Assembly: GCA_965656785.1 (NCBI GenBank)
Contig: CBFHLY010000014.1
Coordinates: forward strand, 12,619 to 76,618
From: an uncultured Flavobacteriales bacterium
Lineage (GTDB): Bacteria; Bacteroidota; Bacteroidia; Flavobacteriales_D; Sanyastnellaceae
DNA: 64,000 nucleotides
Direction of reading: 5' to 3'
The position numbers and the translations under genes were made by a program. The notes under the pieces were generated by a model that was given only the letters and a program-made list of their open reading frames with translations, was not told the DNA's origin and ran no database searches. Below are positions 49,672-58,853 of this stretch, in pieces (the first letter of the stretch is position 1; each line of letters begins with the position of its first letter).

Positions 49672-51063
49672 ATGGAAACTGCTCCTGAAACGCCCCGCGT
49701 CAACCCGTTCACTCGGATCTTGGCGATTTTGCGGCCCATCGTGGTCGACCGGTTGAGCATCGTGGATTTGGCGGAACCCGAGTCCACCATCGCCGGCATC
49801 CAAAAGGACATCGAGTTCAAAGGATTCAACGTGTGGATCCTCGGTTTTGCCATCGTCATCGCGTCCATCGGCCTCAACGTGGACTCGACGGCTGTGGTCA
49901 TCGGCGCGATGTTGATTTCCCCGCTCATGGGTCCCATTATGGGATTCGGTTTGGGCGTGGGCATCAACGATTTGTCCATGGTCCGCAAATCGGTGCTCAA
50001 CCTCGGCGTGGCGGCGGGCATCTCCATTGCCGCGAGTGCCGTGTACTTCCTCATTTCCCCGCTCGACGCGCCCTCCAACGAACTCTTCGCGCGGACGAAT
50101 CCCACGCTGCTCGACGTGCTGATTGCGCTCTTTGGCGGTTTGACTGGAATCCTCGCGGGGTCGCGCAAGGAGAAGAACAACGTGATCCCCGGGGTCGCCA
50201 TCGCGACGGCGCTCATGCCGCCGCTGTGCACGGCCGGCTTTGGTTTGGCCCACGGCGACTGGCACTTCTTCCTCGGGGCCTTCTACCTGTTCCTCATCAA
50301 CGCCATCCTGATTGCGACGGCTACCACGTTGGTTGTGCGCTACTTGCGGTTCCCCATGGTGACCTTGCCCGATGCCATGAAGGAGCGTAAGTACAAGCGG
50401 TATTTCGCCCTCGCCTTGCTGGCGCTCGTGCTGCCTTCGGGTTGGATTTTTTACCGGACGGTGACCGAAGGCATCCATTCAGGCCAAATCACGGAATACC
50501 TCACCGAGCACGTGCGCTACCCGGGAATGGAGGTGGTGAAGCAGGAAATCGGGCACGCCGACGGCCACCCGCACGTGGATTTGGTCCTTCTCGGCGAACA
50601 CGTGCCGGACGCGCTGTTGAGCGAATGGCAGAGCGGCCTCGTGGGCGTGGTCGCGGACGCCACCCTCAAGGTGGTCCAAAACCAACCTTCCGATGCCGGA
50701 TTGGATGAAATGCAGCGGCTCGTGGACCTGTATTCAGCCGGCCGTTCCGACTTGGCCGATCGCGATGCGGAAATTCGCCGGCTGAACGACGAACTGGCCG
50801 CGACGCGAAGCGCCCTGGACGGCGAGCTCCTCCCCAACTCCCTTCCCGGTGAGGTCCTGCTTCAAGACCCGGGCATCTTGGAAGTCCATGCCGGCATGGT
50901 GGCCGAACGGCGTCGATCGAACGAAAGCAGCGAGCGGGTTCCGTGGGTGGACATCGTTTGGGACGTGGACTCCACTCCGGAGCGGATGGCGGCCCAAATC
51001 CGCATCGCAGAGTGGTTGCGCTTGCGGTTGCAACGGGAAGACGTGCGGGTGAAGCACCACTGA
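49672..51063 (+). CDS. DUF389-like integral membrane protein with C-terminal soluble extension
   Basis: 463 aa. The membrane module is duplicated, with GAMLISPLMGPIMGFGLG and IATALMPPLCTAGFGLA. A coiled-coil-like tail follows. Confidence 0.7.
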   Translation: METAPETPRVNPFTRILAILRPIVVDRLSIVDLAEPESTIAGIQKDIEFKGFNVWILGFAIVIASIGLNVDSTAVVIGAMLISPLMGPIMGFGLGVGINDLSMVRKSVLNLGVAAGISIAASAVYFLISPLDAPSNELFARTNPTLLDVLIALFGGLTGILAGSRKEKNNVIPGVAIATALMPPLCTAGFGLAHGDWHFFLGAFYLFLINAILIATATTLVVRYLRFPMVTLPDAMKERKYKRYFALALLALVLPSGWIFYRTVTEGIHSGQITEYLTEHVRYPGMEVVKQEIGHADGHPHVDLVLLGEHVPDALLSEWQSGLVGVVADATLKVVQNQPSDAGLDEMQRLVDLYSAGRSDLADRDAEIRRLNDELAATRSALDGELLPNSLPGEVLLQDPGILEVHAGMVAERRRSNESSERVPWVDIVWDVDSTPERMAAQIRIAEWLRLRLQREDVRVKHH

Positions 51064-51065
51064 TC

Positions 51066-53276
51066 TCAGAGCGACCAGCTGCACCCCAACCGGAGCATGC
51101 GCGGTGCACCCGGACGCAAACCGAAAGGCCGGCGGGCCACCGAATACACCGCGTCCGCGGCATTCGTCACCGCCAACCGCATGGTGAGGCGGTCGCCCAG
51201 TTGACTCCGCACTCCGGCGTCGACGACCAACGCGTCATCGGTCCATTCCCCAGCAATCCCTTGGCTGGCCTCGGTGCGCATGGCGGCCGTGTACCGGACA
51301 TTCACGTCGAAATGGAGCCCGTCCTTTTCCAAGCTCGCTCCCAGTGAGCCCGTGTGCGGAGCGAGGTAGGGCATGAAATCCCCCTCATCCACCGTGCTCC
51401 AAGGCTCGAAATCGCTGTCGAATGACTCGGTGAAGACCGCATGCGTGAACGTGTACACCCCTCGGATGGGCAGGGCCCAGCCTGAGCGCGATCCATGGAG
51501 CGGGTCCCAGGCCCATTCGACTTCCACTCCCTGGGCCGCAGCGCTGCCCCCGTTGAAGGTATCCCCCGAACCGGTGCCCCCAGCAGCGGTGTGATCGGTT
51601 CCAAGGAGGTTACCGAATGCCGTGTGGTAGGCCACGAGCTGGGCCGAGAAACTGGCTTGGGACAACCGGACGCCCAGCTCGCTGTTCCAGCTTTGTTCCG
51701 CGCGGCTTCCAGGCGATGAACCGGGCGGAATGAACCCGCGGTGGAGTCCCGCGAACAGGCCCAAATCTTCGCGGATGGACCAATTCACGCCCGCCCCGGG
51801 GAGCCAAACCGAAACGGCATTCGTCCGAATCTCCGCTTCCTCCCGGACCACGTCGTCGGAAGCGAAGGCGCGCCGTTCCATGCGAATGGATTCGTGGCGA
51901 AGTCCCGGCGTGAAGGTCCAACGGCCCGCCTTCACCGCAGCCCGAACAAAGCCCGCCAAGGCTTCCGCCCCGTCGATGCGGTTGCCGGCTGTACCCGGCG
52001 TGCCTGAAGTGCGCTGGTGCATTTGGCCTTCCACCATTTCGAAGTCGTCTTGCCACTGAAACCGGTCCGCAGCATCGCGGTGCGCGCGCAGACCATACGT
52101 AATGCGAAGCGGATCGCCCCACGTCCACATCCCCCGGTGCTGCAGGCCCTCCGCGTAGTAATCGCGGTTGTTCGCCTTCACAATCAACCGCTCCGCACCC
52201 GCGGTGGACGTTCCGGTCAACACGTCGAACGAGCGCGCCCAATCCTCCGGATTCGACACCACGTCGCCCAACGACACCGAGGCCCCCGTCGAATCGCGCA
52301 AGCCGTCCAACTTGTACCAGTTGCGGTGAAAGGTGGTGCGGTACAGGGTGGTCGTCGATTCCCAACGGCCCCGGTTGACCTCGTAGCCCAAGCTCAACTG
52401 GGTTTGCTCCGCGCGCATCACGTCCTCTGCGGTGGCCGCATACCGCCTGAACGGGGTGGCCGCAAAATCGGAGTCGGTCAACCCGAGGTAGGTCTCGTTG
52501 CTCACTTCGCCGACGTCGCTGGCCCGCAACACCCACCGGTGGTTGGCCTCACGATTTGGCCTCCACGCGAGCTTCAACAGCCGATCGGCTTTGCTGAAAC
52601 CGCTGGTCGAACCGTTGTCCACCGCCTTGAATCCGTCGCTGGATTGGTCCACCCATTCAACGAGGTAGGCCAAATCCCCTTTCCCCACCTCCTGCAATCC
52701 TCCGACCATCACCTGTGCCCGCCGCCCACCGAACGCCCCAGCCTCCAAATCCAAGCGGGCCGCCAACGGGACCTCGGGAATGGGCGTGGACACGAGATTC
52801 AACGCCCCTCCTGAAGTGGCGGGTCCGAACGCGATTTGGCTGCTGCCTTTCATGACCTCCACCGACGCCATCCGGGCGATCGTGGGAAAGTAATATGCAG
52901 CGGGCGCGGCATACGGCGCCGGTGCCACGAGGATGCCGTCCTCCATCAACGTGATGCGGGCGGAACGCGATGCCCCAGAACCCCGTAAGCCGATGTTGGG
53001 GCGCAAACCGAAGCCGTCCTCCTCCTGCAAATTCACCCCGGCCACGCTCCGCAGCGCTTGCATGGGGTCCGCGTACCGGAAGCGCTGCAATTCGCGGGAT
53101 GTCAGCACCGTCAACGCGCCGGTCACCTCATCGGCTCCGCGCGCGCCCGCCGCCAATTCCAGCGCGCGCACCTCGGCTTCCGGAAGTCCATGCCACATGG
53201 AGGTCATGGTGCTGAGCGAGTCCTGCGCTTGTCCAGTGAGGGAGGCCAAACCGGCCGCAATAACAATCCATTTCAT
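51066..53276 (-). CDS. TonB-dependent receptor
   Basis: The start is MKWIVIAAGLASLTGQAQ (53276; the ORF track starts at 53321). The plug pattern is VNLQEEDGFGLRPNIGLRGSGASRSARITLMEDGI. A long beta-barrel region has alternating aromatic residues. Confidence 0.88.
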   Translation of the reverse strand: MKWIVIAAGLASLTGQAQDSLSTMTSMWHGLPEAEVRALELAAGARGADEVTGALTVLTSRELQRFRYADPMQALRSVAGVNLQEEDGFGLRPNIGLRGSGASRSARITLMEDGILVAPAPYAAPAAYYFPTIARMASVEVMKGSSQIAFGPATSGGALNLVSTPIPEVPLAARLDLEAGAFGGRRAQVMVGGLQEVGKGDLAYLVEWVDQSSDGFKAVDNGSTSGFSKADRLLKLAWRPNREANHRWVLRASDVGEVSNETYLGLTDSDFAATPFRRYAATAEDVMRAEQTQLSLGYEVNRGRWESTTTLYRTTFHRNWYKLDGLRDSTGASVSLGDVVSNPEDWARSFDVLTGTSTAGAERLIVKANNRDYYAEGLQHRGMWTWGDPLRITYGLRAHRDAADRFQWQDDFEMVEGQMHQRTSGTPGTAGNRIDGAEALAGFVRAAVKAGRWTFTPGLRHESIRMERRAFASDDVVREEAEIRTNAVSVWLPGAGVNWSIREDLGLFAGLHRGFIPPGSSPGSRAEQSWNSELGVRLSQASFSAQLVAYHTAFGNLLGTDHTAAGGTGSGDTFNGGSAAAQGVEVEWAWDPLHGSRSGWALPIRGVYTFTHAVFTESFDSDFEPWSTVDEGDFMPYLAPHTGSLGASLEKDGLHFDVNVRYTAAMRTEASQGIAGEWTDDALVVDAGVRSQLGDRLTMRLAVTNAADAVYSVARRPFGLRPGAPRMLRLGCSWSL

Positions 53277-53410
53277 GGGGCCAAAATTCTGCCCGGAAAC
53301 CCGCGTTTTGCAATCACGCAAATGCGGTATTTTTATTTAGAACGATTAAAAACAAGGGGCGCGAACCAATTTTCTCGTTGCGTTGTATCTTTCGCCTCCT
53401 AAGCAGCCTT

Positions 53411-54499
53411 ATGCAAATACCCACTGTTCGATTCCCGCGCGACACTTCGGCCTTTACGCGCACCCTTCGCCAACGCGTCGATACCTACTTCAAAGAAAAC
53501 AACATCAGCCGCACCGGTGACTGGCGGATGTACCTGAAAACCAGCCTCATGCTGGCCCTGTACTTCGTGCCTTGGGCCCTGTTCACATTCGGAGTGACGG
53601 GAACGGGAGTGTGGTTTTGGGTGGCGGAATTGGTGATGGGACTGGGGTTGGCCGGCATCGGCCTGAACGTCATGCACGACGCCAATCACGGCGCGTTTTC
53701 CAAGTCCAAAATGGTCAACGACCTGCTCGGGCGAACGCTGGACCTCGTAGGAGGCAATGCGGCCTTGTGGCGCATCCAGCACAATGTTTTGCACCACACG
53801 TTCACCAACATCGACGGCTTGGACGAGGACATCGACACGCCCGGCCTCCTGCGGTTCACGCCGCAGCGTCCGTTGAAGCCGTGGCACCGGTTCCAGCACA
53901 TTTATGCGTGGTTCTTCTACGCCATCATGTCGCTGTTTTGGATCACCGCGAAGGACTGGATCGCCATCAGCCGGTACGACAAGAAGGGCTTGATCGAGCG
54001 TTCGGGCACCACGAAAGGGAAGCTCATCACGTATTTGGTCATCACCAAATCCCTGCACTTCTTCTACATGTTCGCCCTCCCCTTGATCTTCTCGGACTTG
54101 GTGTGGTGGCAGGTATTGGTGGGATGGGTCGTGATGCACGCTGTCGCGGGGTTGGCTTTGGCTTCGATTTTCCAATTGGCACACGTCATGGAACACCACA
54201 CCTTCCCGCAAGCGGTGAAGGGCGAGGTCATGGAAGCGGATCCGATGGCTCACCAGCTGCAAACCACGGCGAACTTCGGAACCCGGTCGCGCCTCCTCAC
54301 GTGGTTGAGCGGGGGGTTGAACCACCAAATTGAACACCACTTGTTCCCGAACATCTGCCACGTTCACCACCGCAAACTGGCGCCGATTGTGGAGAAAACG
54401 GCTCGGGAATTCGGTCTTCCGTACAACTCGCAAACCACGTTCTGGACGGCTTTGCGCGTTCACACGAGGATGTTGCGCACGCTGGGCCACACCGCTTGA
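53411..54499 (+). CDS. membrane fatty-acid desaturase
   Basis: The start is MQIPTVRFPRD (ATG 53411). The three histidine boxes are HDANHG, HNVLHH and HQIEHHLFP. Confidence 0.88.
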   Translation: MQIPTVRFPRDTSAFTRTLRQRVDTYFKENNISRTGDWRMYLKTSLMLALYFVPWALFTFGVTGTGVWFWVAELVMGLGLAGIGLNVMHDANHGAFSKSKMVNDLLGRTLDLVGGNAALWRIQHNVLHHTFTNIDGLDEDIDTPGLLRFTPQRPLKPWHRFQHIYAWFFYAIMSLFWITAKDWIAISRYDKKGLIERSGTTKGKLITYLVITKSLHFFYMFALPLIFSDLVWWQVLVGWVVMHAVAGLALASIFQLAHVMEHHTFPQAVKGEVMEADPMAHQLQTTANFGTRSRLLTWLSGGLNHQIEHHLFPNICHVHHRKLAPIVEKTAREFGLPYNSQTTFWTALRVHTRMLRTLGHTA

Positions 54500-54528
54500 C
54501 GGACATCCATTCAAAAACACTAACTTGG

Positions 54529-54559
54529 AAAGGTGGAGCGACAACGTTCCACCTTTTTT
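54529..54559 (+). terminator. rho-independent terminator after the desaturase gene
   Basis: AAAGGTGGA-GCGACAACGT-TCCACCTTTTTT. The 7-bp stem is AGGTGGA/TCCACCT and is followed by a T6 run. Confidence 0.6.
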
Positions 54560-54563
54560 ACTG

Positions 54564-57500
54564 ATGAAAACCTTCCGTACCCTTGGATTCTTGGCGGCGA
54601 TGCTGCTGGGTTCCATGCCCACTTGGGCGCAGTTCACCGCGTGGAATGACGCGGCGCTTCCCACCGACGTCGAACCGGTCATCGCCCCAGCGCGGTTTCG
54701 CTCGGTGGACGTGGATGTTCCGGCGCTGCGAGATTGGCTCGAAGGGGTGCCGGCTCATGGGGCGGTGCCGGAGCAGTCGGTTTCGATCTTGCGGTTCCCG
54801 ACGCCAGACGGCTTGTGGCGGGATTACTGGGTGGTCGAGGAGCGGGTCATGGCGGCGGAACTTCAAGCGCGGTATCCCGAGATCCGGACGTTCGTCGGGG
54901 CGGCGGCTGACGGGTTGGGGGGAACGGTGCATTTCGATGTCACGGAGCGCGGCTTCCACGCCATGCTGTTGACGCCTGGGGCGGAGACGGTCTTTATCGA
55001 TCCGGTGGATCGGGATGGGGCGATGGGGGTGTATTTGGCCTACACCCGAAGCGCGTTCTTCGCGACGACCGACAAGGTGCGCTCGGGTTGCGAAGTGCGC
55101 GAACACGGGGACATGCCGTTGAAGGGGCTGCGGATGGGCGTCGATGTGCGCGAACCGGGTCAGCGGCCCGTTGAGCGCAGCACGGCGGCTTCGGCGTTGA
55201 CGCCCAACGGCTCGCAATTGCGCACGTACCGGCTCGCGTTGGCCTGCACGGGCGAGTACGCGCAATTCCATGGCGGAACCCTTTCGGGCGCCCTGTCCGC
55301 CATGGCGACCTCCCTGGTGCGCATCAACGGCGTGTACCACCGGGATGTCGCCATCCACATGGAGCTCATCGCGAACAACGACCAAATCATCTACCTGAAC
55401 GGCTCCACCGACCCCTACACCAACAACAACGGCGGGGCCATGCTGAGCGAGAACCAAAACACCATCGATGCGGTCATCGGATTCTCGAACTACGACATCG
55501 GGCACGTCTTCTCCACCGGAGGCGGGGGCGTCGCTTACTTGCAGTCGCCGTGTTCGAGCATCAAGGCCGGAGGAGTTACCGGCGGAGGCAGCCCCGTGGG
55601 CGACCCGTTCGACATCGACTACGTGTGCCACGAAATGGGCCACCAATTCGGAGCGAACCACACGCAAAACAACCCGTGCAACCGGGCCAGCAGCGCGGCA
55701 TTTGAACCAGGAAGCGCGAGCACCATCATGGGATACGCGGGCATTTGTGCCCCCAACCTCCAAAGCAATTCCGACGACCACTTCCACGTGCACAGCATCA
55801 ACGAAATGGTGGCGTTCAGCGTCAACGGATCGGGGAACTCGTGCGCTGTGGTGACGGCTTCCAACAACACGCCCCCGACGCTCATCGTTGGGCCTTCCGG
55901 CAAGACCATTCCCAAGTCCACGCCATTCGAATTGACGGCCATCGCTTCGGACCCTGATGCTGCGGCTGAACTGACCTACAACTGGGAAGAATACGACCTC
56001 GGACCGCAAACCGCCACGGGCGACAACAACTTGACGAACCCGAGCGGCACCCAGCCCATCATGCGGTCGTGGCCGTCGGAAAGCTCGCCGACGCGGGTGT
56101 TTCCGCGGATCACGGATTTGGTCAACGGCACCAGCACCATCGGTGAATTGCTGCCCACTTACGGACGGGAAATGAATTTCCGCTGCACGGTGCGCGACAA
56201 CCAAACCACCGGCGGGGTCAACGACGCGGAGATCACCTTCGATGTGGACGGGAACAGCGGGCCGTTCTTCCTCATCAGCCCAAGCGGGTTCAACAACCTG
56301 GAGGCGGGCGTGCCGACCTCGGTGATTTGGTCGGTGGCGGGGACCAATGCGCCGCCGGTGAGTTGCTCGGAGGTGGACCTTTGGCTTTCCACGGACGGTG
56401 GGTTCACGTGGCCCTACTTGTTGGCCGGCAACGAACCCAACGACGGCGCGGCGACCATCGTTTTCCCCAACGTGCCCACCTCGAGCGCCCGCATCAAGGT
56501 GAAGGCGAGCGACAACTACTTCTTTGACATCTCGGACAACAACTTCACCATCACCGCGGCTGCCAACCCGGCGGCGGTGGATGCATGGCTTTCGTTCGTG
56601 TCCGGGGCAACGGGCGATGTGTGCGGCGAGGCCATTGAACCCGTGGCGACCATCACGAACCTCGGCAGCGAACCGCTTACGGCGTTCGATGTGACCTTCT
56701 CTGTGGATGGCGGAGCGGACGAGGTGACGGTGAATTGGACGGGGTCGTTGGCTTATTTGGAAAGCGTGGACGTTGCGGCGTGCTCCGAATCGGGCTGCCT
56801 GACCGCCGCTGCGGGGGCGCACACGTTGGAAGTCAGCGTGGCGGTGGCAGGGGGTACCGATGAAAACGCTTCCAACGATGTCGAAACGACGAACTTCAAC
56901 ACCGGGTGTTTCGAAGGGTGCGCCAACTGCGGATGCACGGATGAAACGGCGTGCAATTTCGATTCCTCGGTTGCCTTCGATGACGGGTCGTGCACTTACC
57001 CTGACCCGGTCGTTGGATGCGATTGCTTCTTGGACGCCTCGGTGAATGAAACGCTCGCGGGAGGGGCTTCGACCACCCTGAACTCCTTCGTTTCCGGTGA
57101 CTTGGAATCGGTGGACGTGACCATTGAATTCGCAGAAAGCGGGTCGAGCTGGCCCAGCGACCTGTTGTTGGGCATTTGCTCGCCCGACGGGACGTGCGGA
57201 GAAATTGGGGGGTACAATGTGACGTTGGACTACGCGGTGTTGGGCGATTGGCCGGCAGAATGGGACGTGACCACCGCGGGGACCTACACGGCCACCATCG
57301 ATTTGTCGGCATCCGGACTTACGGGAACGGGCGAATGGACGTTCGAAGTGGTCAACGGATGGGCGACCAGCGCAAACGTCGCGTACGACGTGGCGTTCAC
57401 CTTCAACGGGATTTGCACGGCGAACTTGGTGCCCGGATGCACCGATCCCAACGCGTGCAACTACGATGCAACGGCGACGGTGGAAGACAGTTCGTGCACG

Positions 57501-57866
57501 TATGCGCCGAATTACTTCACGTGCACCGGAGATTGCGTGAACGACTCGGACGGCGACGGGGTGTGCGATGAGTTGGAGGTGCCCGGCTGCACCGATCCCG
57601 AAGCGTGCAATTACAACCAGAACGCCACGGACAACGTGGGGTGCGAGCTGCCCGAATCCGGGTTCGATTGCGACGGGAACCCGTTGTCGAGCTGCCCGGA
57701 AGACCTGAACGAAAACGGGTTGGTCGAAATCGGTGACATGCTGTTGCTGCTGAGCGACTTCGGTTGCGAGGAACCGCCGTGTTTGGCGGATTTCAACGGG
57801 GACGGGACCACTACCGTGGCGGACATGCTCTTGTTGCTGGGAGCCTTCGGAACCGATTGTTGGTGA
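54564..57866 (+). CDS. secreted reprolysin-like (M12B-type) zinc metalloprotease with C-terminal Cys-rich modules and two dockerin-like segments
   Basis: The start is MKTFRTLGFLAAMLLGSMPTWAQ (ATG 54564; the ORF track starts at 54330). The zinc site is HEMGHQFGANH. The C-terminus carries three C-T-D-x-x-A-C-N-[YF] modules and the tail DLNENGLVEIGDMLLLLSDFG...DFNGDGTTTVADMLLLLGAFG. Confidence 0.85.
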   Translation: MKTFRTLGFLAAMLLGSMPTWAQFTAWNDAALPTDVEPVIAPARFRSVDVDVPALRDWLEGVPAHGAVPEQSVSILRFPTPDGLWRDYWVVEERVMAAELQARYPEIRTFVGAAADGLGGTVHFDVTERGFHAMLLTPGAETVFIDPVDRDGAMGVYLAYTRSAFFATTDKVRSGCEVREHGDMPLKGLRMGVDVREPGQRPVERSTAASALTPNGSQLRTYRLALACTGEYAQFHGGTLSGALSAMATSLVRINGVYHRDVAIHMELIANNDQIIYLNGSTDPYTNNNGGAMLSENQNTIDAVIGFSNYDIGHVFSTGGGGVAYLQSPCSSIKAGGVTGGGSPVGDPFDIDYVCHEMGHQFGANHTQNNPCNRASSAAFEPGSASTIMGYAGICAPNLQSNSDDHFHVHSINEMVAFSVNGSGNSCAVVTASNNTPPTLIVGPSGKTIPKSTPFELTAIASDPDAAAELTYNWEEYDLGPQTATGDNNLTNPSGTQPIMRSWPSESSPTRVFPRITDLVNGTSTIGELLPTYGREMNFRCTVRDNQTTGGVNDAEITFDVDGNSGPFFLISPSGFNNLEAGVPTSVIWSVAGTNAPPVSCSEVDLWLSTDGGFTWPYLLAGNEPNDGAATIVFPNVPTSSARIKVKASDNYFFDISDNNFTITAAANPAAVDAWLSFVSGATGDVCGEAIEPVATITNLGSEPLTAFDVTFSVDGGADEVTVNWTGSLAYLESVDVAACSESGCLTAAAGAHTLEVSVAVAGGTDENASNDVETTNFNTGCFEGCANCGCTDETACNFDSSVAFDDGSCTYPDPVVGCDCFLDASVNETLAGGASTTLNSFVSGDLESVDVTIEFAESGSSWPSDLLLGICSPDGTCGEIGGYNVTLDYAVLGDWPAEWDVTTAGTYTATIDLSASGLTGTGEWTFEVVNGWATSANVAYDVAFTFNGICTANLVPGCTDPNACNYDATATVEDSSCTYAPNYFTCTGDCVNDSDGDGVCDELEVPGCTDPEACNYNQNATDNVGCELPESGFDCDGNPLSSCPEDLNENGLVEIGDMLLLLSDFGCEEPPCLADFNGDGTTTVADMLLLLGAFGTDCW

Positions 57867-57870
57867 ATGA

Positions 57871-57904
57871 AAAAGGCCGGCTCGTGAAGGAGCCGGCCTT
57901 TTTT
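57871..57904. terminator. bidirectional rho-independent terminator between convergent genes
   Basis: AAAA-GGCCGGCTC-GTGAAG-GAGCCGGCC-TTTTTT. The 9-bp GC stem is perfect and is flanked by A- and T-runs. Confidence 0.78.
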
Positions 57905-57920
57905 CTTCGGGTCGAACGCC

Positions 57921-58355
57921 TCACTCCAATTCAATGGCGGTGCATCCGCCCAAGTTGAATGCCACGATGCCGTCCCACAAGACGTCATCGAAGTTGTCGA
58001 TGACTTGGTAGGAAACGACGCGTGGTTCGCCGCCGGGCAGGGAGGCGGTGACCGTGTAGGTGTTGTATTCCCCGCAGTCGGGAGCGACGGACCAGTACAT
58101 GTCGGTTGCGGTGACGATTTGGGCCTCACCCTCCACGTAAAAGGTCAAGGTGTCGCTGAAATAGGCGTCCAAATCCTGCGCGACGGCCGAGCCGTACCAA
58201 AAAACCGCCTGGCCTTCGTACGTGCACGACCCATCATCCGTATCGGCCGTGGCGTCGTAATTCGTCGCTTCCGGATCCATGCATCCCCGATAGGTGAGTT
58301 CGCACCCCGTAGTGAGGAACAGCGCCCCGATGAGGGCCATCCAAGTGTACTTCAT
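57921..58355 (-). CDS. small lipoprotein carrying one CxDxxAxNYD module
   Basis: The start is MKYTWMALIGALFLTTGC (lipobox; ATG 58355, while the ORF track starts at 58499). It contains GCMDPEATNYDATADTDDGSCTY. Confidence 0.65.
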   Translation of the reverse strand: MKYTWMALIGALFLTTGCELTYRGCMDPEATNYDATADTDDGSCTYEGQAVFWYGSAVAQDLDAYFSDTLTFYVEGEAQIVTATDMYWSVAPDCGEYNTYTVTASLPGGEPRVVSYQVIDNFDDVLWDGIVAFNLGGCTAIELE

Positions 58356-58368
58356 GTTCGATTGCATT

Positions 58369-58403
58369 AAAAAAGCCCCCGGAGCACGCGGCTCAGAGGG
58401 CTT
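58369..58403 (-). terminator. probable rho-independent terminator
   Basis: On the minus strand: AGCCC-TCTGAGCCGCGTGCTCCGG-GGGCT followed by TTTTT. An inner GAGC/GCTC pairing is present. The stem is imperfect. Confidence 0.45.
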
Positions 58404-58426
58404 TGAATATCGGATTTCAGCCGAAA

Positions 58427-58744
58427 TCAGTCGACGTAAACTTCGAAACGGTAGAATCCACCGCACTCGGTTTCGAACGTCTCTGAACGGTCTTCGCAAG
58501 CAGAGATCAACGCCATTTTCGCGCGAACCGTGTAGGATCCCGCATCCACTTCGTACTCAGCCGAGTCGAGGATGGGCATGTCGGCTTCCATCAGGTCGCC
58601 TTCGATTTCGATGTCCGGCGTGCAAACGGTGTTGTTCACAACGCGGATGATCGCCTTGTCGCCTTCGCAGACGACTGCGTCCTCACCGCAACCCGCGATG
58701 ACGACAACTCCTGCTGCGAGGAGGGTGTAGAGCAAATTTTTCAT
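58427..58744 (-). CDS. small Cys-rich lipoprotein, unknown function
   Basis: The start is MKNLLYTLLAAGVVVIAGC (lipobox; ATG 58744, while the ORF track starts at 58921). The product is 105 aa, with four further Cys after the lipobox Cys. Confidence 0.6.
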   Translation of the reverse strand: MKNLLYTLLAAGVVVIAGCGEDAVVCEGDKAIIRVVNNTVCTPDIEIEGDLMEADMPILDSAEYEVDAGSYTVRAKMALISACEDRSETFETECGGFYRFEVYVD

Positions 58745-58853
58745 GTCTTGCAGTTTATGCGGCACGAAAATAAGCACGGAACGTAAACTGACAAGTCCCT
58801 CGCGTGTTAACGCACACGTAACCTGTTGCATTTCACCTCCGTAAACACGGGAT

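Noticed and set aside
54558-56822. 754-aa minus-strand ORF opposite the metalloprotease
   Set aside because: Shadow ORF. The plus-strand frame has the HEMGHQFGANH zinc site.
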